Shown here: positions 29,391 through 39,049 of the stretch, piece after piece
How positions within the stretch are numbered: position 1 is the first letter of the stretch
Layout of the letters: each line of letters opens with the position of its first letter
Source of the DNA: a virus
Taxonomy: Duplodnaviria > Heunggongvirae > Uroviricota > Caudoviricetes
IMG/VR virus record: IMGVR_UViG_3300032308_002078
Coordinates: 16,073-80,072 of that record
DNA length: 64,000 nt
Direction: 5' to 3' (one strand)
Made by a program: the position numbers and the translations under genes
Notes under the pieces: generated by a model
What the model saw: the letters and a program-made list of their open reading frames with translations, nothing else
Database searches by the model: none
What the model was told of the DNA's origin: nothing

Positions 29391-29840
29391 GTGCGATTTA
29401 TATTAATTATATTAACTTTATTCACATCTAATATTGTTTATAGCCAAATTATTTTACCGGTTACGGCGAGTCAATATACTAAAACTATTGACTCGGCTAT
29501 AACACTAATCAAAATAACAGACACAGCTGTTTATAATAGATTAGATTCAATGGTTGATGTAATTGATATGTGGTTAAGTGCTTTTTCCTCTTGTGATACT
29601 AAAGTTATCTACATAAGTCGAAACGATGTTTTATTAGGTGTTCAAAACGTAGCTGCTGTTTTGGTTCATGAAAGTCAACATTTATGGATTTGGCATTCAA
29701 ATATTAATTTAAATAAACAAGATGAGGAAATAATGTGTTATAAGTATGAGTTAGCATTTTTAGATAAAATACCTAACTGTGAAAAATATCTTAAAAAACA
29801 TGCTATAAATGCTATAATTGAGTTTGGCTCTTCAAAATAG
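29391..29840 (+). CDS. secreted protein with HExxH-like motif (GTG start)
   Basis: Signal-like N-terminus MRFILIILTLFTSNIVYSQ; VLVHESQHLW. Confidence 0.3.
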   Translation: MRFILIILTLFTSNIVYSQIILPVTASQYTKTIDSAITLIKITDTAVYNRLDSMVDVIDMWLSAFSSCDTKVIYISRNDVLLGVQNVAAVLVHESQHLWIWHSNINLNKQDEEIMCYKYELAFLDKIPNCEKYLKKHAINAIIEFGSSK

Positions 29841-29858
29841 GATTCATATATTTACGTT

Positions 29859-30059
29859 ATGGAAAAAAATAATAAATCAACTAGTTTGGGTTTGGGTACT
29901 ATCTTGTTTTTGATTTTCTTAACACTTAAACTAGCTGGTTTGGGTGTTGTTGCTACTTGGAGTTGGTGGTGGGTGTTTTCACCTATTTTGATTCCTATAG
30001 CTGCTTTATTAATAATATTTACTGTTATTGGAATAGCTACTTATATTGATTCAAAATAA
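29859..30059 (+). CDS. small membrane protein (two TM)
   Basis: 66 aa; two hydrophobic helices. Confidence 0.35.
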   Translation: MEKNNKSTSLGLGTILFLIFLTLKLAGLGVVATWSWWWVFSPILIPIAALLIIFTVIGIATYIDSK

Positions 30060-30289
30060 TGACAAACATTCCAGTATTAGATTTGCATGGTGTTAAACAT
30101 GAAGATGTTGCCTTAATAGTAGAAGAGTGGGCTATTATGTGGGATTATCGAGTATTAGGTTTTCAAGGTAAAATCATTACAGGTAATAGCACTAAAATGA
30201 AAACACTAGCAGTAGGTGCTTTAAAAAAACATAAGTTTGATCACCAAGTTATGGGTGATGGATCAATTTTAATTTCAGGAACAATATGA
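30059..30289 (+). CDS. hypothetical protein
   Basis: 76 aa. Confidence 0.3.
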   Translation: MTNIPVLDLHGVKHEDVALIVEEWAIMWDYRVLGFQGKIITGNSTKMKTLAVGALKKHKFDHQVMGDGSILISGTI

Positions 30290-30708
30290 GCAAAGAATAT
30301 AACGAGTGGTATTGGAAATTATACAGATGGTTTTTATGGGATGTTAAACATGTTCATAAAACAGTTTGGACAGGTATTAAAAATCTTTGGAAATGGTTCC
30401 CTATTATTTGGAAAGACCGAGATTGGGACTATTACTATATCTTCCAGGTACTAAAATTTAAATTAGAAAAACAAGCTAAACATTTAGGTGAAAGAAATTG
30501 GCATGAAAGTTCTAAACGTGATGCTGAGTTAATGATGACTTGTGTTAGGTTGATTAATAAACTTCAAAATGAAGATTATTATGAAGCATATTATGATAGT
30601 AGACCTATGAATAATGAAATGATGCATAGATGTCAAGCGCAGCATAACAAAGCCAAACGTTTATTATTTAAGATAATGAATGATAGGATTGGTAGTTGGT
30701 GGGACTAG
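30286..30708 (+). CDS. hypothetical Trp-rich protein
   Basis: 140 aa. Confidence 0.35.
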   Translation: MSKEYNEWYWKLYRWFLWDVKHVHKTVWTGIKNLWKWFPIIWKDRDWDYYYIFQVLKFKLEKQAKHLGERNWHESSKRDAELMMTCVRLINKLQNEDYYEAYYDSRPMNNEMMHRCQAQHNKAKRLLFKIMNDRIGSWWD

Positions 30709-30761
30709 TTTGGCTCCTTAAAATAATATTCATATATTAACATTATAAAGAAATAAAAGTT

Positions 30762-30932
30762 ATGCCTCCAGAAAATTTTACTATTACTACACTTACTATT
30801 TCAATGGAAGAATTTCAACAAATTTTTCCTTGGTTTGAAAATCTAGGTACTGAAAAACCAAAATCTAAACGCGGTAGAAAACCTAAAGCACATCATGTAA
30901 CAGACAAGGCTGTTGAAATGAAACACTCTTAA
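30762..30932 (+). CDS. small protein with AT-hook-like motif (56 aa, not in ORF track)
   Basis: Follows promoter motif; ...KPKSKRGRKPKAHH. Confidence 0.3.
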   Translation: MPPENFTITTLTISMEEFQQIFPWFENLGTEKPKSKRGRKPKAHHVTDKAVEMKHS

Positions 30933-30936
30933 AATT

Positions 30937-31155
30937 ATGACAAAGAAAATATTTTATTTATTTTACATACTAACAATGGTTGTTGGTATAGTATTAGCTA
31001 GTAACGTTGTTATTGGCATAGCATTACCTCTTATCAATATGGCAAGTACTGGTGGGGTTGCTTTGGGGGTTTTAATATTGCTTTGGTTAGCAATGCTTGT
31101 TACATTAGCAGTATATGTTACTGTTAAATTTATTAAACGAAAAATTTTAAATTAA
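30937..31155 (+). CDS. small membrane protein
   Basis: 72 aa; two TM segments. Confidence 0.35.
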   Translation: MTKKIFYLFYILTMVVGIVLASNVVIGIALPLINMASTGGVALGVLILLWLAMLVTLAVYVTVKFIKRKILN

Positions 31156-31160
31156 AAAAT

Positions 31161-31574
31161 ATGATAGTATTACTCGTTTTATTATTCACAGGTGCAGTAC
31201 TTATGACTGTAACCTACTTAGTACAGTTCCATGTGAATTTAGATGGAAAAAAAGAAAGGATTATCAAAGATGGTTTGATTAAAGAATTAATGAATAAAGC
31301 CGTTGCTGATCCTGATCCAAATTCACTCATTATTGATGTTAATGCACAAACTATTACAATGGGGAATATTGTAATTAGAAAAGATTACGGTGATGTGTTT
31401 TGGTTTCCTTACGAAGTGGCGATAACTGACGGTAGTAGCTATTATTGTAACCAAAAAACAGTAGGATATATTATCCATTATAGTAAAGATTATTATTTAG
31501 TTAGAGATTTATTAAAGAAATCAAAAACGGATATTGAAAAAACACAAAGAGAAAAATTAAACTTGAACAAATAA
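31161..31574 (+). CDS. membrane-anchored protein
   Basis: N-terminal TM MIVLLVLLFTGAVLMTVTYLV. Confidence 0.35.
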   Translation: MIVLLVLLFTGAVLMTVTYLVQFHVNLDGKKERIIKDGLIKELMNKAVADPDPNSLIIDVNAQTITMGNIVIRKDYGDVFWFPYEVAITDGSSYYCNQKTVGYIIHYSKDYYLVRDLLKKSKTDIEKTQREKLNLNK

Positions 31575-31577
31575 AAA

Positions 31578-32429
31578 ATGAATACACTAATTAAAGTAGC
31601 TATTATGCTCGGAGTAGCAGTAGTAGCAGGTTTTGCAATCATCGGTCTAGAAAGAATCGATGCAGGTCATGTAGGTATCAAAGTTAATTTGATTGGTACC
31701 GGTAAGGGAGTAGATAACGCAACCGAAGTAACTGGTTGGGTATTTTACAACCGTTTCACAACTAAGATTGTTGAGTTTCCAACATTTGTACAACATAAAG
31801 AGTACAGGAAAGTTGAAGACAGTGATGAATCATTTGTAATTAACTCTAAGGACGGTAGTGAGTTCCATGTTTCACCACTACTAAACTACTCAGTACAACG
31901 TGAAAAAGTACCTTATATCTTTACTAAGTACCGTGTTGAGTTGGGTGCTATTGAAGCTGGATTTCTAAAAACTGCTGTTTATGATGCCTTTAGGGTTGTT
32001 GCTAATAGTTATACTGCTGATGAATTGATTTCTAATCGTGAATTGTTTGAGAATAAAGTTAGAAAGAATTTGGAAAGTCATTTGTTGCCTGAAGGATTTA
32101 TTTTGGCTCAATTTACTTCAAACCTAGTCTATCCAGAAACATTTAAGAAAGCTATTGAAGCTAAAAATAATGCAGTACAGTCAGCGTTGAGAGCTGAAAA
32201 TGAAGTTAAAACAGCTGAAGCACAAGCTAAAATTAAAGTAGCAACTGCCGCTGGTAATGCTCAAGCAATGTTGACAAGTGCTAAAGCAGAAGCTGAAGCA
32301 AACCGTTTGAAACAACAAACAATTACACCAATGTTGTTACAACTTGAATGGGTTAATAAATGGAATGGTAAATTGCCTGAAACAATGTTAGGTCAAGGCA
32401 GTAATACATTTTATGGATTAAATAAATAA
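31578..32429 (+). CDS. SPFH/band-7 (stomatin/prohibitin-like) membrane protein
   Basis: N-terminal TM; SPFH core with Ala-rich coiled-coil tail (AEAQAKIKVATAAGNAQAMLTSAKAEAEANRLKQQ), architecture of HflK/C-like proteins. Confidence 0.6.
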   Translation: MNTLIKVAIMLGVAVVAGFAIIGLERIDAGHVGIKVNLIGTGKGVDNATEVTGWVFYNRFTTKIVEFPTFVQHKEYRKVEDSDESFVINSKDGSEFHVSPLLNYSVQREKVPYIFTKYRVELGAIEAGFLKTAVYDAFRVVANSYTADELISNRELFENKVRKNLESHLLPEGFILAQFTSNLVYPETFKKAIEAKNNAVQSALRAENEVKTAEAQAKIKVATAAGNAQAMLTSAKAEAEANRLKQQTITPMLLQLEWVNKWNGKLPETMLGQGSNTFYGLNK

Positions 32430-32448
32430 TAAATTTAAAAACATTTTA

Positions 32449-32480
32449 AAGAGAGGTTTGGTTTTCCAAACCTCTTTTTT
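32449..32480 (+). terminator. rho-independent terminator
   Basis: GAGAGGTTTGG tttt CCAAACCTCT hairpin plus T7 run. Confidence 0.65.
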
Positions 32481-32492
32481 TATATTAACAGT

Positions 32493-33149
32493 ATGAAAAT
32501 AGTATTAGAAAAAGGTCAAAACTTATTTTTTACTAGTGATACTCACTATAATCACTCTAACATTTGTAGAGCAACTACAAGGTGGACTGATGCTGATAAT
32601 GTGACTCGTGATTTTAAATCACTTGATCATATGAATGACACTATTGTTAATAACATTAATGAGATAGTAGGGGAAAATGATATTTTAATTCACTTAGGTG
32701 ATTGGTCATTTGGTGGTTTTGAAATGATTGAAGAATTTAGGAGCCGTATTATATGTAAGAATGTTCATTTAGTGCTCGGTAATCATGACCACCATATTGA
32801 GCGTAATAAAGACGATATAAGGCGTTTATTCACATCAGTAAACCATTATATTAACTTAGATGTTAGATGTCATTCACTTACAAAGAAAGGTGAGATGCAT
32901 AAATTTAAGTTTGTACTAATGCATTTTCCTATCGCAAGTTGGGATGGTATGAATGATAATGTTATTCATCTTCATGGACATGTTCATTTACCTAAGCATC
33001 AAAGAATTGCTGAAGGTAGAGCAATGGATGTTGGGGTAGATGGAAATGACATGTACCCAGTAGGTATATTTGGGGTACTTAATTTACTTAAAAACCAACC
33101 AATTAAAAAATTGTGTTTACCAAAGGACCATCATGAAAAGCGTATTTAA
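32493..33149 (+). CDS. calcineurin-like metallophosphoesterase (candidate 2',3'-phosphatase of an RNA-repair module)
   Basis: Phosphoesterase motifs FTSDTHYNH, HLGDW, LGNHD, HGHVH. Confidence 0.65.
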   Translation: MKIVLEKGQNLFFTSDTHYNHSNICRATTRWTDADNVTRDFKSLDHMNDTIVNNINEIVGENDILIHLGDWSFGGFEMIEEFRSRIICKNVHLVLGNHDHHIERNKDDIRRLFTSVNHYINLDVRCHSLTKKGEMHKFKFVLMHFPIASWDGMNDNVIHLHGHVHLPKHQRIAEGRAMDVGVDGNDMYPVGIFGVLNLLKNQPIKKLCLPKDHHEKRI

Positions 33150-33495
33150 TGTGAAAGACTTTATACTACACTCAGAAGCTTTAGAGTTAAAGCAACTTGG
33201 ATTTGATGAACCTTGTTTTGGTGTTTATGCCACAAAGGATGGATATGTCAGAAAAAGTGCATATGATGAAATTGGAGATGCTCCAACTTATTCACAAGCA
33301 TTTAGATGGTTTAGAGATAAGTACGACCTATATTGTTATGTTGAACCATATAAAGATAATCAATTTGATTATGTAGTGGTTAGTGATTTGTTTGGACAAG
33401 AAGACTGCGATGGCGAATTATTGAATACCTACGAAGAAGCAGAACTTGCTTGTCTTAGAGAAATGATTAAAATAGTAAAAGAAAAACAAAAATGA
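33134..33495 (+). CDS. hypothetical protein (track ORF 33070; probable start MKSVF)
   Basis: 120 aa between phosphoesterase and kinase. Confidence 0.3.
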
Positions 33496-33872
33496 AAGAA
33501 CTAATATTACTTCGTGGAATCCCAGGCAGCGGAAAGTCAACATTTGCAAAACTTGTTTGTAATCAACATGTTGAGGCAGATATGTTTTTTATGCAAGATG
33601 GAGAATATAAATTTGATGCTTCTAAACTTAGGCAAGCACATGCTTGGTGTCAAGAAAAAACTGAAACATGGATGAAAATGCGTTATAATGTAGTTGTTTC
33701 AAATACATTTACTCAAGAATGGGAAATGGAAGCGTATTATAAATTAGCTGAACAGTATGGTTATCGAGTTCATTCTATTATAATGGAGAATAGACATTTT
33801 GGTATTAATGAGCATAATGTGCCTGTAGACAAATTAGAACAAATGAAAAATAGATTCGAGGTAAAATTATGA
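33492..33872 (+). CDS. P-loop polynucleotide 5'-kinase (T4 Pnk kinase-domain-like)
   Basis: Walker A LLRGIPGSGKST; VVVSNTFTQEWEMEAYYKLAEQYGYRVHSI and NVPVDKLEQMKNRF parallel T4 Pnk kinase-domain blocks. Confidence 0.55.
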   Translation: MKELILLRGIPGSGKSTFAKLVCNQHVEADMFFMQDGEYKFDASKLRQAHAWCQEKTETWMKMRYNVVVSNTFTQEWEMEAYYKLAEQYGYRVHSIIMENRHFGINEHNVPVDKLEQMKNRFEVKL

Positions 33873-34132
33873 GCGAAGAATATTCACCTTATTGTCCTAT
33901 ATGTGAGGGGTGTGGAGAAGATGGTTGCTGTTCAGCAGTGCATTGTCAACAACATCCTGATGGTAGTTACTGCCAAACATACCTACAAGATCTAAAACAT
34001 GCTTACCTAATGAATGATTGGTGGTATAAAAATGTTTATGATACCTTATCACCTGAGTTAAAAGAACAATGTGATGCTGAGTTTGATAAAGCTTATGATC
34101 ATTGTTACAAAGAGCTTGGCTCCTCAGAATAA
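33869..34132 (+). CDS. Cys-rich small protein
   Basis: CPICEGCGEDGCC..HC motif cluster. Confidence 0.3.
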   Translation: MSEEYSPYCPICEGCGEDGCCSAVHCQQHPDGSYCQTYLQDLKHAYLMNDWWYKNVYDTLSPELKEQCDAEFDKAYDHCYKELGSSE

Positions 34133-34167
34133 TGATGTTATATTTATAGTATAATAAAAATAAAGTT

Positions 34168-34509
34168 ATGAGAGTAATAGAAGTATCAGGAGAATTAGTA
34201 TTTGAAGACGGAACTCGTTTATATTCAAGCCATGAGAGTAGTTGTTGTGAGTCACATTATTTGGACTTTGAACATATTAGTATAGATGATTTTGAAGGAC
34301 TTGATTTTGATTTATCAAATGATAATTTCTTTGAAGCCGTAGATGGTTATGGTATTCGTTTAGTTCCTACAAATGGTTTTCCAGTATCTATTCCAGGTTA
34401 TGGTTATAATAATGGATATTATAGTACTGAGCTTGAATTAGTTTTAAGTTCACCTGATGGGAACCGTAGAGTGTTTGATATTAGTGATTGTCAAGAAATA
34501 AATTATTAA
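34168..34509 (+). CDS. hypothetical protein
   Basis: 113 aa. Confidence 0.3.
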   Translation: MRVIEVSGELVFEDGTRLYSSHESSCCESHYLDFEHISIDDFEGLDFDLSNDNFFEAVDGYGIRLVPTNGFPVSIPGYGYNNGYYSTELELVLSSPDGNRRVFDISDCQEINY

Positions 34510-34518
34510 ATAAAAGTT

Positions 34519-35652
34519 ATGGAAAATAATAATAGTGTATGTTTTGTAGCTCGTATTAACGAGATTAAACCAATTGAAGGTGCAGATAACATTGAGTTAG
34601 GTGTTATTGGTGGTTGGAATTGTATTATTAAGAAAGGAGAATACACCGAAGGTGATTTAGTTGTAGTAGCAACTACTGATGCTGTTATACCTCAAGAATT
34701 ATCTGATTCAATGAATGTAACTAATTATTTGAGAAAAGGTCAAAGAGTTAGAACAGTTAAATTAAGAGGTGTATATAGTGAGTGTTTAATTATCCCTATT
34801 AGTATCGCAGCTAAAGCAACTGGTTTTGCTAATACTAAGTTTGATGAAGGTGATGATATGATGGATACATTGAAAATTTTTAAGTACGAACCACCAGCAG
34901 TTGAAGTACAGCTAGCTTCAGGTCGTAAAATTAGATATAGTCAAAATCCAAACTTTGGTATTTACTACAAGTTCCCAAACATTAAAAACGTTAAAGGAAT
35001 GTTTAATGAAGAAGATGTTGTAGAAGTATCTCGTAAGATTCACGGTACTAATGCTCGTTATGGTATTGTTAAGAAAAACAAACTTAGTTTGTGGGATAAA
35101 GTAAAACGTTTATTTGGAGACAAATGGATTGAATATGAATACGTTTATGGTAGCCATAATGTGGAGAAAGGATCTGATTCACAAGGTTTTTACGATACTG
35201 ATGTTTGGAGAACAATTGCTGATAGATACAACATTAGAGAAAAGCTGTGGAAATTCTTTAAACACACTAAAGATCTATATAATACTAGTGAGGGTATTAT
35301 TATCTACGGAGAAATTTATGGCCCAGGTATTCAAAAGAACTATGACTATGGTTTAAAAGAAATTGAGTATGCTGGTTTTGATGTTACTATTAACGGTGAA
35401 TACCAACCGACTTCTAGAAGTTATGTAATTCATGATAACTTAGGGCTTAGTTATGTACCTGTATTAGAATTTAATGTTTGGTCTGAAGATTTACTTACTA
35501 AATATACCTTTGATAAAATTGAAGGCACTAAAGTACCACATGAAGGAGTAGTAGTTAAATCAACTGATGGTGATAGACGTAAAGTTGCAAAGGTAATTAA
35601 CCCAGACTATCTAATTTATGGAGAAAAAAATAACGTAGGAGATTCACACTAA
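34519..35652 (+). CDS. RNA ligase, Rnl2 family (nucleotidyltransferase)
   Basis: Motif I RKIHGTNAR (KxHGxN, as in T4 Rnl2 EKIHGTNFS); motif IV-like YGEIYGPGIQKNYDYG (T4 Rnl2 FGEFAGPGIQKNVDY). Confidence 0.7.
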   Translation: MENNNSVCFVARINEIKPIEGADNIELGVIGGWNCIIKKGEYTEGDLVVVATTDAVIPQELSDSMNVTNYLRKGQRVRTVKLRGVYSECLIIPISIAAKATGFANTKFDEGDDMMDTLKIFKYEPPAVEVQLASGRKIRYSQNPNFGIYYKFPNIKNVKGMFNEEDVVEVSRKIHGTNARYGIVKKNKLSLWDKVKRLFGDKWIEYEYVYGSHNVEKGSDSQGFYDTDVWRTIADRYNIREKLWKFFKHTKDLYNTSEGIIIYGEIYGPGIQKNYDYGLKEIEYAGFDVTINGEYQPTSRSYVIHDNLGLSYVPVLEFNVWSEDLLTKYTFDKIEGTKVPHEGVVVKSTDGDRRKVAKVINPDYLIYGEKNNVGDSH

Positions 35653-35655
35653 AAT

Positions 35656-35850
35656 ATGAAAACACCTGAAGAACAAATAAAAGAAGTAATGGAAATGACT
35701 GATGATATGTTGGTTGAAATCCATAAAGACCTTGTTGAAAAAGTTGGAGAAGAATCAGCAAATAACTGGGTTAGGATGCTTAAAAAATTTAGAGAGGAAG
35801 AAATTGAAATGTTTAAACAAAACCAAAATGATAACAGGAGAACAACCTAA
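35656..35850 (+). CDS. hypothetical protein
   Basis: 64 aa. Confidence 0.3.
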   Translation: MKTPEEQIKEVMEMTDDMLVEIHKDLVEKVGEESANNWVRMLKKFREEEIEMFKQNQNDNRRTT

Positions 35851-36196
35851 ACTATTAGTTGCGATTGACGAAAATGGCAACATAGGTCTTGATGAAAATC
35901 AAGCGGAATTAATGGGCTTAATTGAAAACGAATTTAATTGGAAATTGGTTCGTGAACGTGATGGGCTAACTAATCAATCTAAAGATATTAAATGGATTGA
36001 ATGGAATGAGGAAGGTAGATTTAAAGCTGATCATAAAGAACCAGCAGTAGGTCGAGCATTACTTATGTCTCCATTTAATGATTTTTTTACTTGGATGACA
36101 ACAGATGTTACAGAAATTTTGGAAAACCAAGAGGATTATGTTAAATTTAGGACACGAAATAGTAATTACGAGTTATGGAAACTAAAAAACGATTAA
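35829..36196 (+). CDS. hypothetical protein (likely start MITGEQPK; track ORF 35702 overlaps previous gene)
   Basis: Frame continues to 36196. Confidence 0.3.
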
Positions 36197-36468
36197 CTAG
36201 AGAACAAAAACGAGAACAAGCTGTTGTTGATTTAATTAATCAAATGTTTATTATTGCTGGTCATGAAGTTACATTTGACGATATTAAGGACCGAAAAGAT
36301 GATTGGTATATGAAATGGACTATGACTGTTGAGCAGAGTGAAGAATTGAAAAAATGGGGTATAGATTACCTACGTAAGAATCTTAAAATAAATAAAGCAT
36401 CAGCCGAAAAGGAAATGATGTGGTTTAATTTACAATGGGGTTTAACTTATTCTAACTGGGAAGAATAA
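36175..36468 (+). CDS. hypothetical protein
   Basis: 97 aa. Confidence 0.3.
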   Translation: METKKRLTREQKREQAVVDLINQMFIIAGHEVTFDDIKDRKDDWYMKWTMTVEQSEELKKWGIDYLRKNLKINKASAEKEMMWFNLQWGLTYSNWEE

Positions 36469-36669
36469 ACAAAAATGAAAAGTAAAATATTTAGAGCATT
36501 TATGCTTATTGGGATTTTAGGTAATGTGGGGGTAGGGATATCTTACCTTATAACTGGTGGTTGGTCAATAGCTATAATGCATATTGGTTGTGGTCTTATT
36601 TTTACACCTATGTATTTAAAGTTAAAAAATAATCCTAAGTAAAAGAAGGTTTAAAGAGGGTTTTAAGGG

Positions 36670-36728
36670 CTTGGCCTCATGTGATTGTGATGTTATATTT
36701 ATGTCATAATAAAAAACGATAAAAGGTT
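36670..36728 (+). promoter_or_regulatory. conserved promoter motif (class 1); 45-bp near-identical copy of 49877-49929
   Basis: CTTGGCCT...GTGATGTTATATTTATGTCATAATAAAAAACGATAAAAGGTTATG. Confidence 0.5.
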
Positions 36729-37550
36729 ATGAAAAATGTAAATGTTGTAAAAAGAGGCCGTCCAAGTAGTAAGAGTGTTCAAAACGTTACTTACACTCCA
36801 TCACTTATTGATTTTTCAAATGTAACAAAATTGAGTGACTTGAATATTGATTCACGTATGATGAATTCAATGAAATCAGGTTTAAATATTGATAGTATGT
36901 TCTCACATGAAGGAGGTATTCCAGCTGCAACTAACATTATGATGATTGGTGACCCAGGAGTAGGTAAAACAACTGTATTATTAGATGTGTTGAGTGCTGT
37001 TCAAAATAAAGGAGGTAAATGTTTATTTATTTCAGGTGAGATGGGTAAGAAGCAAATGTTCAAATACACAGAACGCTTTAAACAATTTGGATGTATTGAA
37101 ACATTGTTTATGCAAGATTTTTTAGATTACAATACTAAAGATGTAATTGAGCAAGTTTTGAATCGTGGTTATGATTTAGTATTGATTGATTCAGCAGCTG
37201 AAATTATTGAAGGTGTTCGTGACGACAACAATTGGGATCGTAAAATGGCTGAGTCATGGTTGGTTGATGTTTGTATCAAGAATAATAAAGGTGAAAATAC
37301 AGATACTAAATTCACTTCGTTTTTGTTGATTCAACAAGTAACTAAATCAGGTGTATTTGCAGGTTCAAACAAACTTAAGCACCTTGTTGATGCAATGGGA
37401 GAAATGAGAAGAGAATCAGAGCGTGATGGTTCAGGTACTTATATTAACTTTACTAAAAACAGAAATGGTTTGGTTGATGTTAAAATGTATTATGAATTGA
37501 ATAACAGTAAAATTAAGTACGGTCAAATGATGTCTAACAATAATGATTAA
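36729..37550 (+). CDS. RecA-superfamily ATPase (Sak4/DnaB-C-terminal-like)
   Basis: Walker A GDPGVGKTT; Walker B-like DLVLIDSAAE; size and pattern of phage Sak4/RadA-like ATPases. Confidence 0.5.
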   Translation: MKNVNVVKRGRPSSKSVQNVTYTPSLIDFSNVTKLSDLNIDSRMMNSMKSGLNIDSMFSHEGGIPAATNIMMIGDPGVGKTTVLLDVLSAVQNKGGKCLFISGEMGKKQMFKYTERFKQFGCIETLFMQDFLDYNTKDVIEQVLNRGYDLVLIDSAAEIIEGVRDDNNWDRKMAESWLVDVCIKNNKGENTDTKFTSFLLIQQVTKSGVFAGSNKLKHLVDAMGEMRRESERDGSGTYINFTKNRNGLVDVKMYYELNNSKIKYGQMMSNNND

Positions 37551-37558
37551 TATAAATT

Positions 37559-37837
37559 ATGGCAACTAAAGCATTTAAAGCAACATTAGAACTAGGTTAT
37601 AACAATGGTTTCCAAATGACATTTGAAAATGGTTGCACAATCAGTGTTCAATTTGGTAAATACACCTATAGTGATCAAGGTGAAACAACAGCAGAAGTAG
37701 CCGCTTGGGATAATAAAGGCAATTGGTTGATGTTTGATGAGGATAAATGGACAGAAATTGAAAATGGTTCTGATGTTATGTCTCATCAAACAACAAGTGA
37801 TGTTGCTAAATTAATTTACACTTTAAGTCAATGGTAA
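37559..37837 (+). CDS. hypothetical protein
   Basis: 92 aa. Confidence 0.3.
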   Translation: MATKAFKATLELGYNNGFQMTFENGCTISVQFGKYTYSDQGETTAEVAAWDNKGNWLMFDEDKWTEIENGSDVMSHQTTSDVAKLIYTLSQW

Positions 37838-37838
37838 T

Positions 37839-38252
37839 ATGAATGTACATAATTTAGATAGAGAAGAAATGGAATCACTTTATAATTTATTAGGTAAAAT
37901 GCTTAATGAAGATGAAGATAAAAAAGAACCATTAGATAAAATGATTGATGAAATCATGGATGAATTTAACTTTGCTACAGTACATAAAACAATGGTAGCT
38001 CTAGATTGGAAATGGGCATCCTCTAAAAATTATATCCCTAGTATGGATGAACTGAGGGCAGAAGCAGAACGTTTGTTACGTGATGTCGCTGATGTAAGAT
38101 TAAATATGTGGCAAGATGAGGATTGGAAATCACCTATAATTTGCAGCACAGGAGGCTTTTCAGCTACAGCATGGTGTAATGAAGATAAAACTAAAATTAC
38201 AAGATTAAATTTAGACTTTGTAGTATCATCTTGGAAATCACGTATTGATTAA
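37839..38252 (+). CDS. hypothetical protein
   Basis: 137 aa. Confidence 0.3.
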   Translation: MNVHNLDREEMESLYNLLGKMLNEDEDKKEPLDKMIDEIMDEFNFATVHKTMVALDWKWASSKNYIPSMDELRAEAERLLRDVADVRLNMWQDEDWKSPIICSTGGFSATAWCNEDKTKITRLNLDFVVSSWKSRID

Positions 38253-38628
38253 TATGGATCAACATAGAAAAGCAGCCTTAGAAATTATTCACGAGTACTA
38301 TTATGCACTGCCTAATAATGGTTATTTAAATCATGGTCTATTAAGTTGTGATAAGCGTTATAAAGAAGCAACACAGTGCGCTTTAATAGGCGTTAAACGA
38401 ATTATTTTAATTTTAGAATTCATGTCAACCGAATCAAATGATCCTGCTATTATGGGTAGAATAAATTTCTATGATAAGGTACAGGATGAACTATACAAAA
38501 TACAGGCCGATAACCATAAAATGAAATTAAATGAGCTTCCTACATCATCTGAGTATGAAATAAGTGTAGAAGAAGCAGTAGCATACTTTGAACGAGCAGA
38601 ACAAAATAAGAACAATGAGCAACAATAG
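38245..38628 (+). CDS. hypothetical protein
   Basis: 127 aa. Confidence 0.3.
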   Translation: MINMDQHRKAALEIIHEYYYALPNNGYLNHGLLSCDKRYKEATQCALIGVKRIILILEFMSTESNDPAIMGRINFYDKVQDELYKIQADNHKMKLNELPTSSEYEISVEEAVAYFERAEQNKNNEQQ

Positions 38629-38995
38629 TATAAAAGCAAATGAATTAAGAATTGGTAATTATGTATTCGACAATTTAGGTGGCACACTTAAAATTAAAGC
38701 TGTAAGTACAGAATCAGATTTACCCCATATTAAAGGTATACCACTAACCGATGAATGGTTTAAAAAGTGGGGGTTTTATAAAGATGGTGAATATTGGAGT
38801 AAAGGCATATTTGATTACAAATATTGCTTTAAATATAGGGATTGGGCTAATAATTGGGCCTTCTATCAAGAATATACAGACAGTCCAAACCCAAAAGATG
38901 ATGGAATAAAATACCCTATATCGTTTGATATTGAATATGTTCATCAGTTACAAAACCTATGGTTTGCATTATTATATGAAGAAATTGAACCATAA
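38588..38995 (+). CDS. hypothetical protein
   Basis: 135 aa. Confidence 0.3.
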   Translation: MNEQNKIRTMSNNSIKANELRIGNYVFDNLGGTLKIKAVSTESDLPHIKGIPLTDEWFKKWGFYKDGEYWSKGIFDYKYCFKYRDWANNWAFYQEYTDSPNPKDDGIKYPISFDIEYVHQLQNLWFALLYEEIEP

Positions 38996-39049
38996 ATTTG
39001 GCTCCCCAAAATAGGATTCATATATTAACAATATAAAGAAATTAAGGTT

